Counted from the first letter of the stretch, positions 27,987 through 37,171 are shown. The stretch is DNA of 64,000 nt from an uncultured Actinomycetota bacterium (GCA_963809015.1 CAWEHX010000002.1:14292-78291), one strand, 5' to 3'. Notes: generated from the letters alone by a model not told the origin. A program made the numbers and translations.

Positions 27987-29225
27987 ATGACCAGCCACCC
28001 GATCAGGTCCGCGATCACGCGGATCGACGAGGTACTCAAGGACGTCCGCGACGTCCCGGCCTGGTCCATGTCCCCGGGCGAGACCCGTGAGGCGATGGTC
28101 GAGATCACCCGACTCAACGCAGCGATCGGCGAGCTCGAAGCACGGCTCGCTGCGCACGGCCAGACCATCGAGGTCGAAGCCGACAGCGGTGCCACCTCGA
28201 CGGCCAACTGGTGGGCACACACCACCCGGCAGACCCGCGCCGGCGCGCACCGCAAGACCAAGCTCGCCGCCGCGCTCACCACCGACCTGCATGGCCCGGT
28301 CCGGGACGCGCTAGCCAACGGAGACCTGTTGGTCGACCAGGCCGAGGTGATCGTCGCCGCCATCGACGCGCTCCCTGATGACCTCGACCCCGAGATCAGG
28401 GTCGATGCGCAGGCCAGGTTGATCGGGTACGCCGCCGAGCACGACGCCAAAGCGCTTCGCATCCTCGGCAAACGGATCCTCGACATCGTCGCACCCGAGA
28501 TCGGGGAAGCCCACGAAGCCAAGGTCCTGGAGAAGGAGGAGCGGGACGCAGAGGCGTCCGCGACGCTCCGGATGAGTCAAGACGGCCACGGCAAGTGGCA
28601 CGGCCGGTTCACCCTGCCGGACCTACCGGGCGCGATGCTGCACAAGGCGTTGATGGCGTACGCCGCCCCCAAGCACCGGACCAGCGTGGACGGACGGGCC
28701 CCTGAGCCCGGTCGCCCCGGCGCGCACCGGCTGGGTCAGGCGTTCATGGAATACGTGAGCCGCTACCCCACCGACCGACTCCCGCACTCCGGAGGGATGT
28801 CCGCGAACGTCGTGGTGACCATGACCCTCGAGACGCTGATGGGTGGGCTCAAGGCCGCCCAGCTCGACACCGGGCACCGGATCTCCCCCGGCCTCGCGCG
28901 CAAGCTCGCCTGCGAGGCCGGGATCATCCCCGCCGTCCTCGGCTCGAAGTCCCAAGTCCTCGACCTCGGCCGCAAAACCCGCTTCCACACCCCAGCGCAG
29001 CGGATCGCGCTCACGATCGAGCAACGCGGCTGCACCACCCAGGGCTGCGACGCTCCACCAGCGATGACCCACACCCACCACGACCAGACCTGGGCCAATG
29101 GCGGCACCACCGACCTCAAGAACGGCCGCCTCCTCTGCCCGCGCCACCACGCCCGAGCCCACGACCCCGCATACACGATGACCAGACTTCCCAACACAGA
29201 GGTCGCCTTCCACCGGCGGACGTGA
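27987..29225 (+). CDS. DUF222 (13E12-repeat) HNH endonuclease
   Basis: RKLACEAGIIPAVL, LDLGRKTRF, GC..GC..HH..W..GG.TDL.NG.LLC..HH. Confidence 0.9.
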   Translation: MTSHPIRSAITRIDEVLKDVRDVPAWSMSPGETREAMVEITRLNAAIGELEARLAAHGQTIEVEADSGATSTANWWAHTTRQTRAGAHRKTKLAAALTTDLHGPVRDALANGDLLVDQAEVIVAAIDALPDDLDPEIRVDAQARLIGYAAEHDAKALRILGKRILDIVAPEIGEAHEAKVLEKEERDAEASATLRMSQDGHGKWHGRFTLPDLPGAMLHKALMAYAAPKHRTSVDGRAPEPGRPGAHRLGQAFMEYVSRYPTDRLPHSGGMSANVVVTMTLETLMGGLKAAQLDTGHRISPGLARKLACEAGIIPAVLGSKSQVLDLGRKTRFHTPAQRIALTIEQRGCTTQGCDAPPAMTHTHHDQTWANGGTTDLKNGRLLCPRHHARAHDPAYTMTRLPNTEVAFHRRT

Positions 29226-29237
29226 GAGGAAAGGGTC

Positions 29238-30059
29238 ATGGAGACCGTCGGCCGTCGCATGTTCCGGCTGGTGGAGCCGATCGCGGTGGTCACCTACATG
29301 GCCGACGAGCCGACCGACGCGCTGATGGCGCTCGGCCACCGCAATGTCTGGGACGCCTACTTCGCCGGCCGGGCTGCTGCGCTGGGCCGGGTTCCGGCCG
29401 AGGTGGTGCACGCGCTCTTCTACAACTTCGCCGACGGCGAGGTCGCCCGCCACATCCCTCGTGTCTGGGAGACAGCAACTCCCGAGGCCGCGATCGCCGC
29501 CCGCGAGCAGGGCAGCGTCGCGGCACTGAGGCGGATCCTCGGCGACCTCGCCGACGCCCCCGGCCTCGGGCGGACCGCCGACCTCACCCTGAAGGCGGCG
29601 CAGAGCCCGGCGCCGGAGGGCCGACCCATGTACGCCGCGGTCCGGACGCTGGCCGTACCCGAGGAGCCGCTGGCTCGGCTCTGGCACGCGGCCAACCTGC
29701 TCCGCGAGTACCGCGGCGACGGCCACGTCGCCGCCCTGGTGGGCGCGGGCATCGGCGGGATCGAGGCCCACGTGCTGCACGCGCTCTCGGAAGGCACACC
29801 CGCGGAGAAGTTCGGCAGGATCCACCACCTGCCGAAGGCCCAGCTCGCCGCGGTGATCGAAGGGCTGCGCGACCGTGGCCTCATCGACGCATCCGGCTGG
29901 CTCAGTGACGAGGGCCGCGAGACCAAGGCTCGGATCGAGTCGCTGACCGACGACCTCGCGGCGCCGGCGTACGACGTCCTGGAGCCGAGCGAGCTCGACG
30001 CGCTCGTTTCAGACCTGGAGCCCCTGGCGGCAGCGCTCGACGCAGTCGGCTCGCGTTAG
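29238..30059 (+). CDS. SCO6745-family helix-turn-helix protein
   Basis: YFAGRAAALG, FYNF, LLREYRGDGHVAAL, IESLTD. Confidence 0.82.
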   Translation: METVGRRMFRLVEPIAVVTYMADEPTDALMALGHRNVWDAYFAGRAAALGRVPAEVVHALFYNFADGEVARHIPRVWETATPEAAIAAREQGSVAALRRILGDLADAPGLGRTADLTLKAAQSPAPEGRPMYAAVRTLAVPEEPLARLWHAANLLREYRGDGHVAALVGAGIGGIEAHVLHALSEGTPAEKFGRIHHLPKAQLAAVIEGLRDRGLIDASGWLSDEGRETKARIESLTDDLAAPAYDVLEPSELDALVSDLEPLAAALDAVGSR

Positions 30060-30470
30060 CTAGTGGCGGAGGTAGAACACGATCAGGTTGCCGTCGAGAT
30101 CGGTGACCGCGAACTCGCGGGTGCCGTAGTCGGTGTCGCTCGGGGACCCGGTGTCCGCGTAGTGCAGGACCTCGCTGGCCCGCATCTCGTCGTACAACCC
30201 GTCCACGTCGTCGACCAGGATCCGGCAGCTGCAGGTGCCGGCGATGAAGGTCTCTGCGCCACTGCAGACGGGGTTGTCGGTGAAGTCGGCGCGCTCGCGC
30301 CAACCGTCGTCGCCGGACTGCCACAGGTGGAGCTCGATGTCGTCACGGACCAGCAGCGCCAGGCCCTCCGCCTGGTAGCGGATGGTGAACCCCATCCGGT
30401 CGCGGTAGAAGTCGGCCGACGCCGCGACTTCGCGAGCGGGGAAGGCCGGGATGGCGGTCTGGAGGCGCAC
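30060..30470 (-). CDS. Bleomycin resistance (BLMA/VOC) protein
   Basis: IPAFPAREV, SGAETFIAGTCSCRI, YGTREFAVTDLDGN. Confidence 0.82.
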   Translation of the reverse strand: MRLQTAIPAFPAREVAASADFYRDRMGFTIRYQAEGLALLVRDDIELHLWQSGDDGWRERADFTDNPVCSGAETFIAGTCSCRILVDDVDGLYDEMRASEVLHYADTGSPSDTDYGTREFAVTDLDGNLIVFYLRH

Positions 30471-30489
30471 CCCTTCATGATGTCGGACG

Positions 30490-31158
30490 ATGACCGACCT
30501 CGCCTCGCAGATCAGCGCCGAGCTCCGGGCGCTCGCCGATCCCGAGTCGGCGCCCGCCATGGCGGCGTACATGAAGGTGGCGGACAACGGCACGCTGCCG
30601 TTCCTCGGCATCCGCCGCCCGGTCGTACGTCGCACCGCACGTGCCCTCGCGAAAGGCCACGGCGTCGACGACGTGCAGGCAGCGGTCGTGGCGCTCTGGG
30701 ACACCGCGACGCACCGCGAGCAGCGGTACGCCGCGCAGGACCTGCTCAGCCTCAGCTGGACCAAGGGCCGCATCGACCTGCTCGACCTGCATCGCCACCA
30801 CGTGGTGACCGGCGCCTGGTGGGACCACGTCGACGAGACCGCCCACCGGATCGCGGACCTGGTGGCCACGCACCCCGACCACATGGGGACCGTGCTGCGT
30901 GAGTGGAGGTCCGACGAGGTCATGTGGCTGCGCCGGGTCGCGATCCTGGGCCAGCTCGGGCTGCGCGAAGGGGTGGACCTCTACCTGCTCGCGGACGTCA
31001 TCGAGCCGAACCGCTCTGACACCGAGTTCTTCATCCGCAAGGCGATCGGCTGGGCGCTGCGCGAGGTGGCCAGGTGGAACCCCGACTGGGTGCGCGAGTA
31101 CGTCGCCACCAACGAGCTCAGCCCGCTCTCCCGCCGCGAGGCGCTCAAGCATCTCTAG
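30490..31158 (+). CDS. AlkD-like DNA alkylation repair protein
   Basis: MAAYMK, GAWWDHVD, EFFIRKAIGWALRE, LSRREALKH. Confidence 0.9.
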   Translation: MTDLASQISAELRALADPESAPAMAAYMKVADNGTLPFLGIRRPVVRRTARALAKGHGVDDVQAAVVALWDTATHREQRYAAQDLLSLSWTKGRIDLLDLHRHHVVTGAWWDHVDETAHRIADLVATHPDHMGTVLREWRSDEVMWLRRVAILGQLGLREGVDLYLLADVIEPNRSDTEFFIRKAIGWALREVARWNPDWVREYVATNELSPLSRREALKHL

Positions 31159-31167
31159 GCTCGGGCC

Positions 31168-32055
31168 ATGGACCCGCGCCGGCTGTTGATCTTCAGAGCC
31201 GTCGCCCGTGCCGGCTCGATCAGCGGCGCCGCCCGCGAGCTCGGCTGGACCCAGCCGGCGGTCAGCCAGCACCTGCGCACCCTCGAGCGGGAGGCGGGCA
31301 GCCCGCTGCTGCTGCGCGGTCCGACCGGCGTCGAGCTGACCGAGCCGGGCCGGGTGCTGCTCGCGCGGGCCGACGCAGTGGCCAGCCAGCTGCACATGGC
31401 GGAGGAGGAGCTGACCGCGATCGGCGACCTCCGTCGCGGCCAGGTCCGGCTGGTCGCCTACCCGACTGCTGCTGCCACCTGGGCGCCCGGAGCGATCGCC
31501 GGTCTCCGCCGCAGGCACCCGGAGATCGACGTCACCCTGACCGAGATGGAACCGCCCGAGGCGATCGAGCTCCTCGAGCGCGGGGACGCCGACCTGGCGC
31601 TGGTCTTCGGGTACCACGACGACCCCGTGGTCGCCGGCCGCGACCTGCGCTGGATCCCGATCGGTGCGGAGCCGGTCGACCTGGTGCTGCCGCCGAACCA
31701 CCCCGCCGCGACCCGGCGCCGGCTCACGATGGCGCAGCTGAGCGGCGAGGACTGGATCGCGGGCTGCGACCGGTGCCGTGCGCATCTCGTCGCCCTGTGC
31801 GAGACCGCCGGCTTCGCCCCAGACATCCGGCACGTGAGCGACGACTACGTCGTGGTGCAGAACCTGGTCGCCGCCGGGCTCGGGATCTCGATGTTGCCGC
31901 GATCGGCGACGACGGCGTACCGCCACCCCGACGTCGAGCTGCGGCCCAGCCGGAGCTGGGGCGTACGACGTGCCGGTATCGCCCATCGCGAGGGCGCCGA
32001 AGCGGTGCCGGCGAACGCCGCCCTGATCCGCGAACTGCATAAGCACCGCTTATGA
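31168..32055 (+). CDS. LysR family regulator
   Basis: GSISGAARELGWTQPAVSQHLRTLE. Confidence 0.93.
   Translation: MDPRRLLIFRAVARAGSISGAARELGWTQPAVSQHLRTLEREAGSPLLLRGPTGVELTEPGRVLLARADAVASQLHMAEEELTAIGDLRRGQVRLVAYPTAAATWAPGAIAGLRRRHPEIDVTLTEMEPPEAIELLERGDADLALVFGYHDDPVVAGRDLRWIPIGAEPVDLVLPPNHPAATRRRLTMAQLSGEDWIAGCDRCRAHLVALCETAGFAPDIRHVSDDYVVVQNLVAAGLGISMLPRSATTAYRHPDVELRPSRSWGVRRAGIAHREGAEAVPANAALIRELHKHRL
32038..32054. promoter_or_regulatory. LysR box upstream of the racemase
   Basis: Palindrome CATAAGC-ACC-GCTTATG containing T-N11-A. Confidence 0.65.
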
Positions 32056-32112
32056 CCTGTCCAAGAAGTTCGCGGCTTCCTTTTATCCTCATCGGCGGTC
32101 ACCATTGCTGAC

Positions 32113-33186
32113 ATGCAAACAATCGGACTCATCGGCGGGCTGAGCTGGTACTCCACCGTCGGGTACTACCAGGTGATCAACGAGCAGGTGCAGCGTCGCC
32201 GCGGCGGCCACGCGTCGGCCAAGATCGCCCTGCAGTCGCTGGACTTCTCCGCTGTCCGCGAGATGCAGCAGCGGGGCGCCTGGGACGAGGCCGGTGCCCT
32301 GCTGGCCGACGCCGGCCGGCGCTGCGAGGCCGCCGGTGCCGACCTGCTGCTGATCTGCTCGAACCTGATGCACCGCGTGGCCGACGACGTGCAGGACGCC
32401 GTGGACATCCCGCTGCTCCGGATCACCGACGCGATCGCGTCCCGGGCGCGAGTCGACGGCCACACCCGTCTCGGCGTGCTCGGCACGCACTGGACGATGG
32501 AGGAGGACTTCTACGTCGGCCGCCTCGGCCGGGCCGGTCTCGGCATCGAGGTGCCCGACGTCGCTGACCGCGACCTCGTCGACCGAGTCATCTTCGACGA
32601 GCTCACCCAGGGCGAGGTGCGGACCGAGTCCCGCACGGCCTACGCCCGGATCGCCGCAGACCTGGCCGACAGCGGCGCCGAGGCGATCGTGCTGGCCTGC
32701 ACGGAGATCGAGCTGCTGCTCGGTCCCGACGACTCACCTGTCCCGCTGCTCGACTCGATGCGCGTGCACGCCGAGGCCGCGGTCGATGCGGCCCTGGAGC
32801 CGCGGCGATCGGCTGAGCGTCATCGAGCCTTGACGCAACACCTGTCGGGATCGGGCTCGAGGCATGCGGTGACGTCGCAATGGAGGCCATCCGCGACCCC
32901 CTGGACGAATGACCGGTTAAGTCCGCAGACGAGGTCGGTGTGCTTGCGAGCGAGCGCGTCGAAGGGGCAGTTGGCGAGCACGACAGCGTCGTCCTCGACG
33001 CGTGCTTCGTATCCCTGCCCGACGAGCACTTCAGCCAGCGCGGCACGCGAGTCGCCCAGGTGGGACGCGGCCTCTCCGAGGTCGACGCCCTCCTCCCGCG
33101 CACACTCAACGAGCGCGCGGTCCAGCTCTGCGCCTCCGGTTGCCCGGGTGAACGCGGCCGCGAGGATGTCGCCGACCAGGTCGTAG
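32113..33186 (+). CDS. Aspartate/glutamate racemase with a non-homologous C-terminal read-through
   Basis: IGLIGGLSWYST, ICSNLMH, LACTEI; homology ends near 32800. Confidence 0.85.
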   Translation: MQTIGLIGGLSWYSTVGYYQVINEQVQRRRGGHASAKIALQSLDFSAVREMQQRGAWDEAGALLADAGRRCEAAGADLLLICSNLMHRVADDVQDAVDIPLLRITDAIASRARVDGHTRLGVLGTHWTMEEDFYVGRLGRAGLGIEVPDVADRDLVDRVIFDELTQGEVRTESRTAYARIAADLADSGAEAIVLACTEIELLLGPDDSPVPLLDSMRVHAEAAVDAALEPRRSAERHRALTQHLSGSGSRHAVTSQWRPSATPWTNDRLSPQTRSVCLRASASKGQLASTTASSSTRASYPCPTSTSASAARESPRWDAASPRSTPSSRAHSTSARSSSAPPVARVNAAARMSPTRS

Positions 33187-33479
33187 CGACGCTCCGGCAG
33201 TGACAGCGCGAACTCTTGGTCGGACCGCCGGTAGAGCTTGCTCGGCCGACCCGCGCCAGGGCCGGTCCGGCCGCTGAGCCGGCGGAACTCGACCTGCAGC
33301 AGGCCCTCGGCGACCAGGCGGTCGAGATGGAAGCTGGCCCGGTGCAGGGGCAGGTCGACAGCGGTGGCGGCCTGCTCGCGTCCCACGGGCTCCGGCTGCG
33401 CGACGACGTACTCGTAGAGCGCTCTGCGGGTCTCGTCGGCGAGGACGCCGATCCCGGCAGCCAGGCGGCTGAGGTCCAC
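32820..33479 (-). CDS. ArsR/SufR-like HTH regulator with a Cys-rich C-terminus
   Basis: FHLDRLV..GL, GPGAGRPSKLY, NCPF..VCGLN..CC. Confidence 0.85.
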   Translation of the reverse strand: MDLSRLAAGIGVLADETRRALYEYVVAQPEPVGREQAATAVDLPLHRASFHLDRLVAEGLLQVEFRRLSGRTGPGAGRPSKLYRRSDQEFALSLPERRYDLVGDILAAAFTRATGGAELDRALVECAREEGVDLGEAASHLGDSRAALAEVLVGQGYEARVEDDAVVLANCPFDALARKHTDLVCGLNRSFVQGVADGLHCDVTACLEPDPDRCCVKAR

Positions 33480-33489
33480 CCTTCCTCCT

Positions 33490-33556
33490 TCTAAAGCAGA
33501 GATTCCTTGACATTAGACGCGAGACAGGTCTAAAACAAGAAGAAATCTACTTTAGA
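33490..33556. promoter_or_regulatory. Twin operators TCTAA-N18-TTAGA
   Basis: 33490-33517 and 33529-33556; TTGACA at 33507. Confidence 0.65.
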
Positions 33557-33571
33557 AATCGAGGTCTCACC

Positions 33572-33982
33572 ATGACAACGACGGACACCACACCCCGCAC
33601 CGACGTCGGCGCCGACCGCGCCTTCCTGTTGCTGCGCACGGTCTTCACCATCGCCCCGATCGCCTTCGGCCTCGACAAGTTCGCCGAGGTGCTGACAGAC
33701 AACTGGGAGGCGTATCTCGCGCCCTGGATCAACGACATCGTCCCGGGGAGCGCGCACGACGCGATGCTGATCGTCGGCGTCATCGAGATCGTCGCCGGCA
33801 TCGTGGTCGCGGTCGCGCCCAGGTTCGGCGGACTGCTCGTGGCCGGGTGGCTGGGCGGGATCATCGTCAGCCTGGTGAGCCTGGACGAGTACTACGACAT
33901 CGCGCTTCGCGACTTCGGCCTCCTGGTGGCGGCCCTGGCCCTCGCCCTGCTGGCCGGGCGCGGCGCTCGCGACGCCGAGTGA
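33572..33982 (+). CDS. DoxX-like membrane protein
   Basis: APIAFGLDKF, YLAPWI, YYDIALRDFGL. Confidence 0.8.
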   Translation: MTTTDTTPRTDVGADRAFLLLRTVFTIAPIAFGLDKFAEVLTDNWEAYLAPWINDIVPGSAHDAMLIVGVIEIVAGIVVAVAPRFGGLLVAGWLGGIIVSLVSLDEYYDIALRDFGLLVAALALALLAGRGARDAE

Positions 33983-33989
33983 CCCGACC

Positions 33990-35111
33990 GTGAACATCGT
34001 GGTCGTGGGTGCGGGCCTCGCCGGGGCGAACGCGGTGGAGGAGCTGCGCGAGCAGGACTACTCCGGCGACATCACCCTGGTCGGCGCCGAGCCGCATCTC
34101 CCCTACGAGCGACCGCCGCTGTCCAAGGGACTGCTGCTCGGCTCGGCCGAGTCCGACTCGGTGTTCATCCACGACGCCGACTGGTACGACGAGCATCAGG
34201 TCGAGGTGCTGCTCGGTACAAGGGTCCACTCCGTCGACCTGGATCGCGGGCGCGTGGCACTGGCGGACCGGGACATCGCCTACGACCGGCTGCTGCTGGC
34301 CACCGGCGCCAGCCCGAGGAGGCTGCCCCTGGCCGACGAGGCCGACGTCCCGGTCACCTACCTGCGCACCCTCGATGACGCCCTCGCTCTCAAGCCGCGG
34401 CTGTCCGGCCGGATCGTGGTCGTCGGGGCCGGCTGGATCGGGCTCGAGGTCGCCGCCGCCGCCCGGGAGGCAGGTGCCGAGGTCACCGTCTTCGAACAGG
34501 CCGCGCAACCCCTCGAGGCAGTGCTGGGCACAGAGCTCGGGGTGTTGTTCGCCGAGCTGCATCGCGAGCACGGCGTTGACCTCCGGCTCGGCACCTCGGT
34601 CGGCGCGAAAGATCTCGCCGCTGCCGACCTGGTAGTGGTCGGGATCGGTGCCACACCCGCGGACGAGCTGGCCAGCGAGGCCGGGCTGGCCTGCTCCGAC
34701 GGCGTGCTCGTCGACGCCCGGCTGAGGGCCAGCGATCCCCACGTCTATGCGGCCGGGGACGTCGCGCGCCAGGATCATCCCGTCCTCGGACGCCTGCGGG
34801 TCGAGCACTGGGATGCGGCGATCCACCAGGGTCGAGCGGCGGCGCGGGCCATGCTCGGCGACGACGCGGCGTACGACCGGATGCCGTACTTCTTCACCGA
34901 CCAGTACGACCTCGGCATGGAGTACGTCGGCCACGTCGGCGCGGCGGGGTACGACGAGGTGGTGGTCCGGGGCGACCGCGGGGCCAGGAAGCTGGTCGCC
35001 TACTGGCTCCGGGCCGGACGCGTCCTGGCCGGGATGCACGTCAACGACTGGGACGCGATCGACCCCATCCGGTCGGCGATCGGTGGTCCGCTACCTGACG
35101 GCCCCGTGTGA
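33990..35111 (+). CDS. NAD(P)/FAD-dependent ferredoxin reductase-like oxidoreductase
   Basis: GAGLAG, PYERPPLSK, GAGWIGLE, EHW, PYFFTDQY. Confidence 0.9.
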   Translation: MNIVVVGAGLAGANAVEELREQDYSGDITLVGAEPHLPYERPPLSKGLLLGSAESDSVFIHDADWYDEHQVEVLLGTRVHSVDLDRGRVALADRDIAYDRLLLATGASPRRLPLADEADVPVTYLRTLDDALALKPRLSGRIVVVGAGWIGLEVAAAAREAGAEVTVFEQAAQPLEAVLGTELGVLFAELHREHGVDLRLGTSVGAKDLAAADLVVVGIGATPADELASEAGLACSDGVLVDARLRASDPHVYAAGDVARQDHPVLGRLRVEHWDAAIHQGRAAARAMLGDDAAYDRMPYFFTDQYDLGMEYVGHVGAAGYDEVVVRGDRGARKLVAYWLRAGRVLAGMHVNDWDAIDPIRSAIGGPLPDGPV

Positions 35112-35219
35112 CGGCGGCTTCTCCGGTGCGGGGTCGTCCTCCAGCTCCGCGGCGATCGACACGGTGAGGCCGCCGAGCAGGAAGCCGATCACGCCGGCGG
35201 CGAGGGTGGTGGTGTTCAT
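35091..35219 (-). CDS. 42-aa membrane peptide or gene remnant
   Basis: MNTTTLAAGVIGFLLGGLTVSIAA; TGATG coupling to the DUF4396 gene; GGAGG upstream. Confidence 0.55.
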   Translation of the reverse strand: MNTTTLAAGVIGFLLGGLTVSIAAELEDDPAPEKPPSHGAVR

Positions 35220-35686
35220 CAGTGACCTCCGTCGTGGTCGGAGTGGTGGTCGTGGTGCTGCATGGTCAGCGCGTGGCCCTTGCCCTTGTCGATCAGGTAG
35301 CGATTGACGGGGAAGGCCACAAGGAAGGCAGCGGTGAGCGCGATGATCATGCCGATCCAGAAGATCGGCTCGACGAGGCCGCCCTCCATCGCGCCGGGGA
35401 TCAGCGCCATCACCAGGTTGTCGGTGACCTCCATCGTCGCGATCGAGAGCGTGTCGGCGGCGAAAACGACGCTGAGCGCAGCGAAGAACCCCAGGCCCGC
35501 CTGGATCAGCGGCAGCGTCGACAGCAGGTAGCCGAACAGGAAGGCCAGTCCGACCGCGAGCGCGATCGTGGCGGCATTCGAGAAGCCGGCCGCCGTACCG
35601 ATCATCAGGCCGAGGATCTCGCCGATCGCGCAGCCGGTCAGGCAGTGCAGCGTGGCGCTGGCGGCCATGGCGTTGCGGGCGTTCAT
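35219..35686 (-). CDS. DUF4396 membrane protein
   Basis: ATLHCLTGCAIGE, DTLSIATME, PVNRYLI..GKGHA, His-rich tail. Confidence 0.85.
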   Translation of the reverse strand: MNARNAMAASATLHCLTGCAIGEILGLMIGTAAGFSNAATIALAVGLAFLFGYLLSTLPLIQAGLGFFAALSVVFAADTLSIATMEVTDNLVMALIPGAMEGGLVEPIFWIGMIIALTAAFLVAFPVNRYLIDKGKGHALTMQHHDHHSDHDGGH

Positions 35687-35715
35687 CGGAACCTCCTTCA
35701 TCTCGAGGTTGCAAG

Positions 35716-35737
35716 GTACCATAGGGGGGTATAGTAT
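35716..35737. promoter_or_regulatory. CsoR operator and -10 element
   Basis: TACC-ATAGGGG-GGTA(TA) G-tract pseudo-palindrome; TAGTAT before csoR. Confidence 0.7.
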
Positions 35738-35744
35738 CCACGTC

Positions 35745-36047
35745 ATGACCGAACAGCACCAGCACGGCTACATCGCCCACCAGCACAAGGACGACGTCCT
35801 CAAGCGGCTGCGCCGGATCGAGGGCCAGGCCCGCGGTCTGCAGCGGATGGTGGAGGAGGACCAGTACTGCATCGACGTCCTCACCCAGGTGTCCGCCATG
35901 ACCAAGGCACTGCAGGCCGTCGCGCTGACGCTGCTCGACGACCACCTCGGCCACTGCGTGGTTGACGCGGCCAAGGCCGGCGGCCCCGATGCCGAGATCA
36001 AGCTCAAAGAAGCCTCCGACGCGATCGCCCGACTCGTTCGCTCCTGA
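35745..36047 (+). CDS. csoR: Copper-sensing repressor
   Basis: RLRRIEGQARG, YCIDVL, HLGHC. Confidence 0.92.
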   Translation: MTEQHQHGYIAHQHKDDVLKRLRRIEGQARGLQRMVEEDQYCIDVLTQVSAMTKALQAVALTLLDDHLGHCVVDAAKAGGPDAEIKLKEASDAIARLVRS

Positions 36048-36059
36048 AAGGAAACCCTG

Positions 36060-36272
36060 ATGACTGACACCCGCACCCGCACCTACACCGTCACCGGCAT
36101 GACCTGCGGCCACTGCGTCGCCTCGGTCACCGAAGAGGTCCAGGAGATTCCCGGCGTCGAGAACGTCGACGTCGTGCTCGAGTCCGGGGCACTCACCGTC
36201 ACCAGCAGCCAGTCGCTCGACGACGCCGCCGTTCGCGCGGCCGTCGAAGAAGCCGGCTACCAGCTGACATGA
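36060..36272 (+). CDS. copZ: Copper chaperone
   Basis: GMTCGHC HMA motif, EEAGY. Confidence 0.92.
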   Translation: MTDTRTRTYTVTGMTCGHCVASVTEEVQEIPGVENVDVVLESGALTVTSSQSLDDAAVRAAVEEAGYQLT

Positions 36273-37171
36273 ACACCGCAACCAAGGTCGCCGTCTTCCT
36301 CGTCGGCCTCGGGGTCGTCTTCGCGGCGGCCCTGGGCATCGGCAACGCAGTAGGACCCGTGGCCGACGAGCCGGTGGCGCACGACGACGAGCACGGCGGT
36401 GACTCCGAGGGTTCCGACGAGCACGGCGAGGGCCACGGCGGCGACACCGAGACGGCCGCCGAGATCCCCGGCGGGCTGATGGTGTCGCAGGACGGCTACA
36501 CGCTCCGGCTCGCCGCCGATGCGTCTGCTCCCGGACAGGACGTGCCGCTCGCCTTCACGATCGACGGCCCGGACGGACACCCCGTCACCGAGTACGACGT
36601 GGAGCACGAGAAGCAGCTGCACCTGATCGCCGTACGACGCGACTTCACCGGGTTCCAGCACGTCCACCCGGAGCTCGACGCCGACGGCGTCTGGTCCACG
36701 GACCTGGACCTGACGCCCGGAGAGTGGCGGGTGTTCGCCGACTTCAAGGCGACCGGCGCGGAAGCACTCACCCTCGGCACCGATCTCGCTGTGTCGGGCG
36801 ACTACCGACCCGAGCCGCCGGCCGACGAGATCCGGACGGCGCAGGTCGACGGCTACACCGTCACCCTCGAGGGTGACCTGACCGCCGGGACCGACTCCCT
36901 GCTGACCCTCGAGGTCGTCAAGGACGGCCGCCCGGTCACCACTGAGCCCTACCTCGGCGCGTCCGGGCACCTGGTCGCGCTCCGTGAGGGCGACCTCGCC
37001 TACCTGCACGTGCACCCGGAGCCCGGATCGGAGCTGATCTTCTACGCCGCGGTTCCCAGCGATGGCGGATACCGGCTGTTCCTCGACTTCCAGCACGACG
37101 GCGTCGTGCGGACGGCCGAGTTCGCGCTGAGCACGGATTCCGGACAGGGGGCCGGCCATGACGACCACTGA
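36269..37171 (+). CDS. Exported His-rich putative copper-binding protein
   Basis: N-terminal TM segment, His/acid-rich linker, two H..HVHP modules. Confidence 0.75.
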   Translation: MNTATKVAVFLVGLGVVFAAALGIGNAVGPVADEPVAHDDEHGGDSEGSDEHGEGHGGDTETAAEIPGGLMVSQDGYTLRLAADASAPGQDVPLAFTIDGPDGHPVTEYDVEHEKQLHLIAVRRDFTGFQHVHPELDADGVWSTDLDLTPGEWRVFADFKATGAEALTLGTDLAVSGDYRPEPPADEIRTAQVDGYTVTLEGDLTAGTDSLLTLEVVKDGRPVTTEPYLGASGHLVALREGDLAYLHVHPEPGSELIFYAAVPSDGGYRLFLDFQHDGVVRTAEFALSTDSGQGAGHDDH

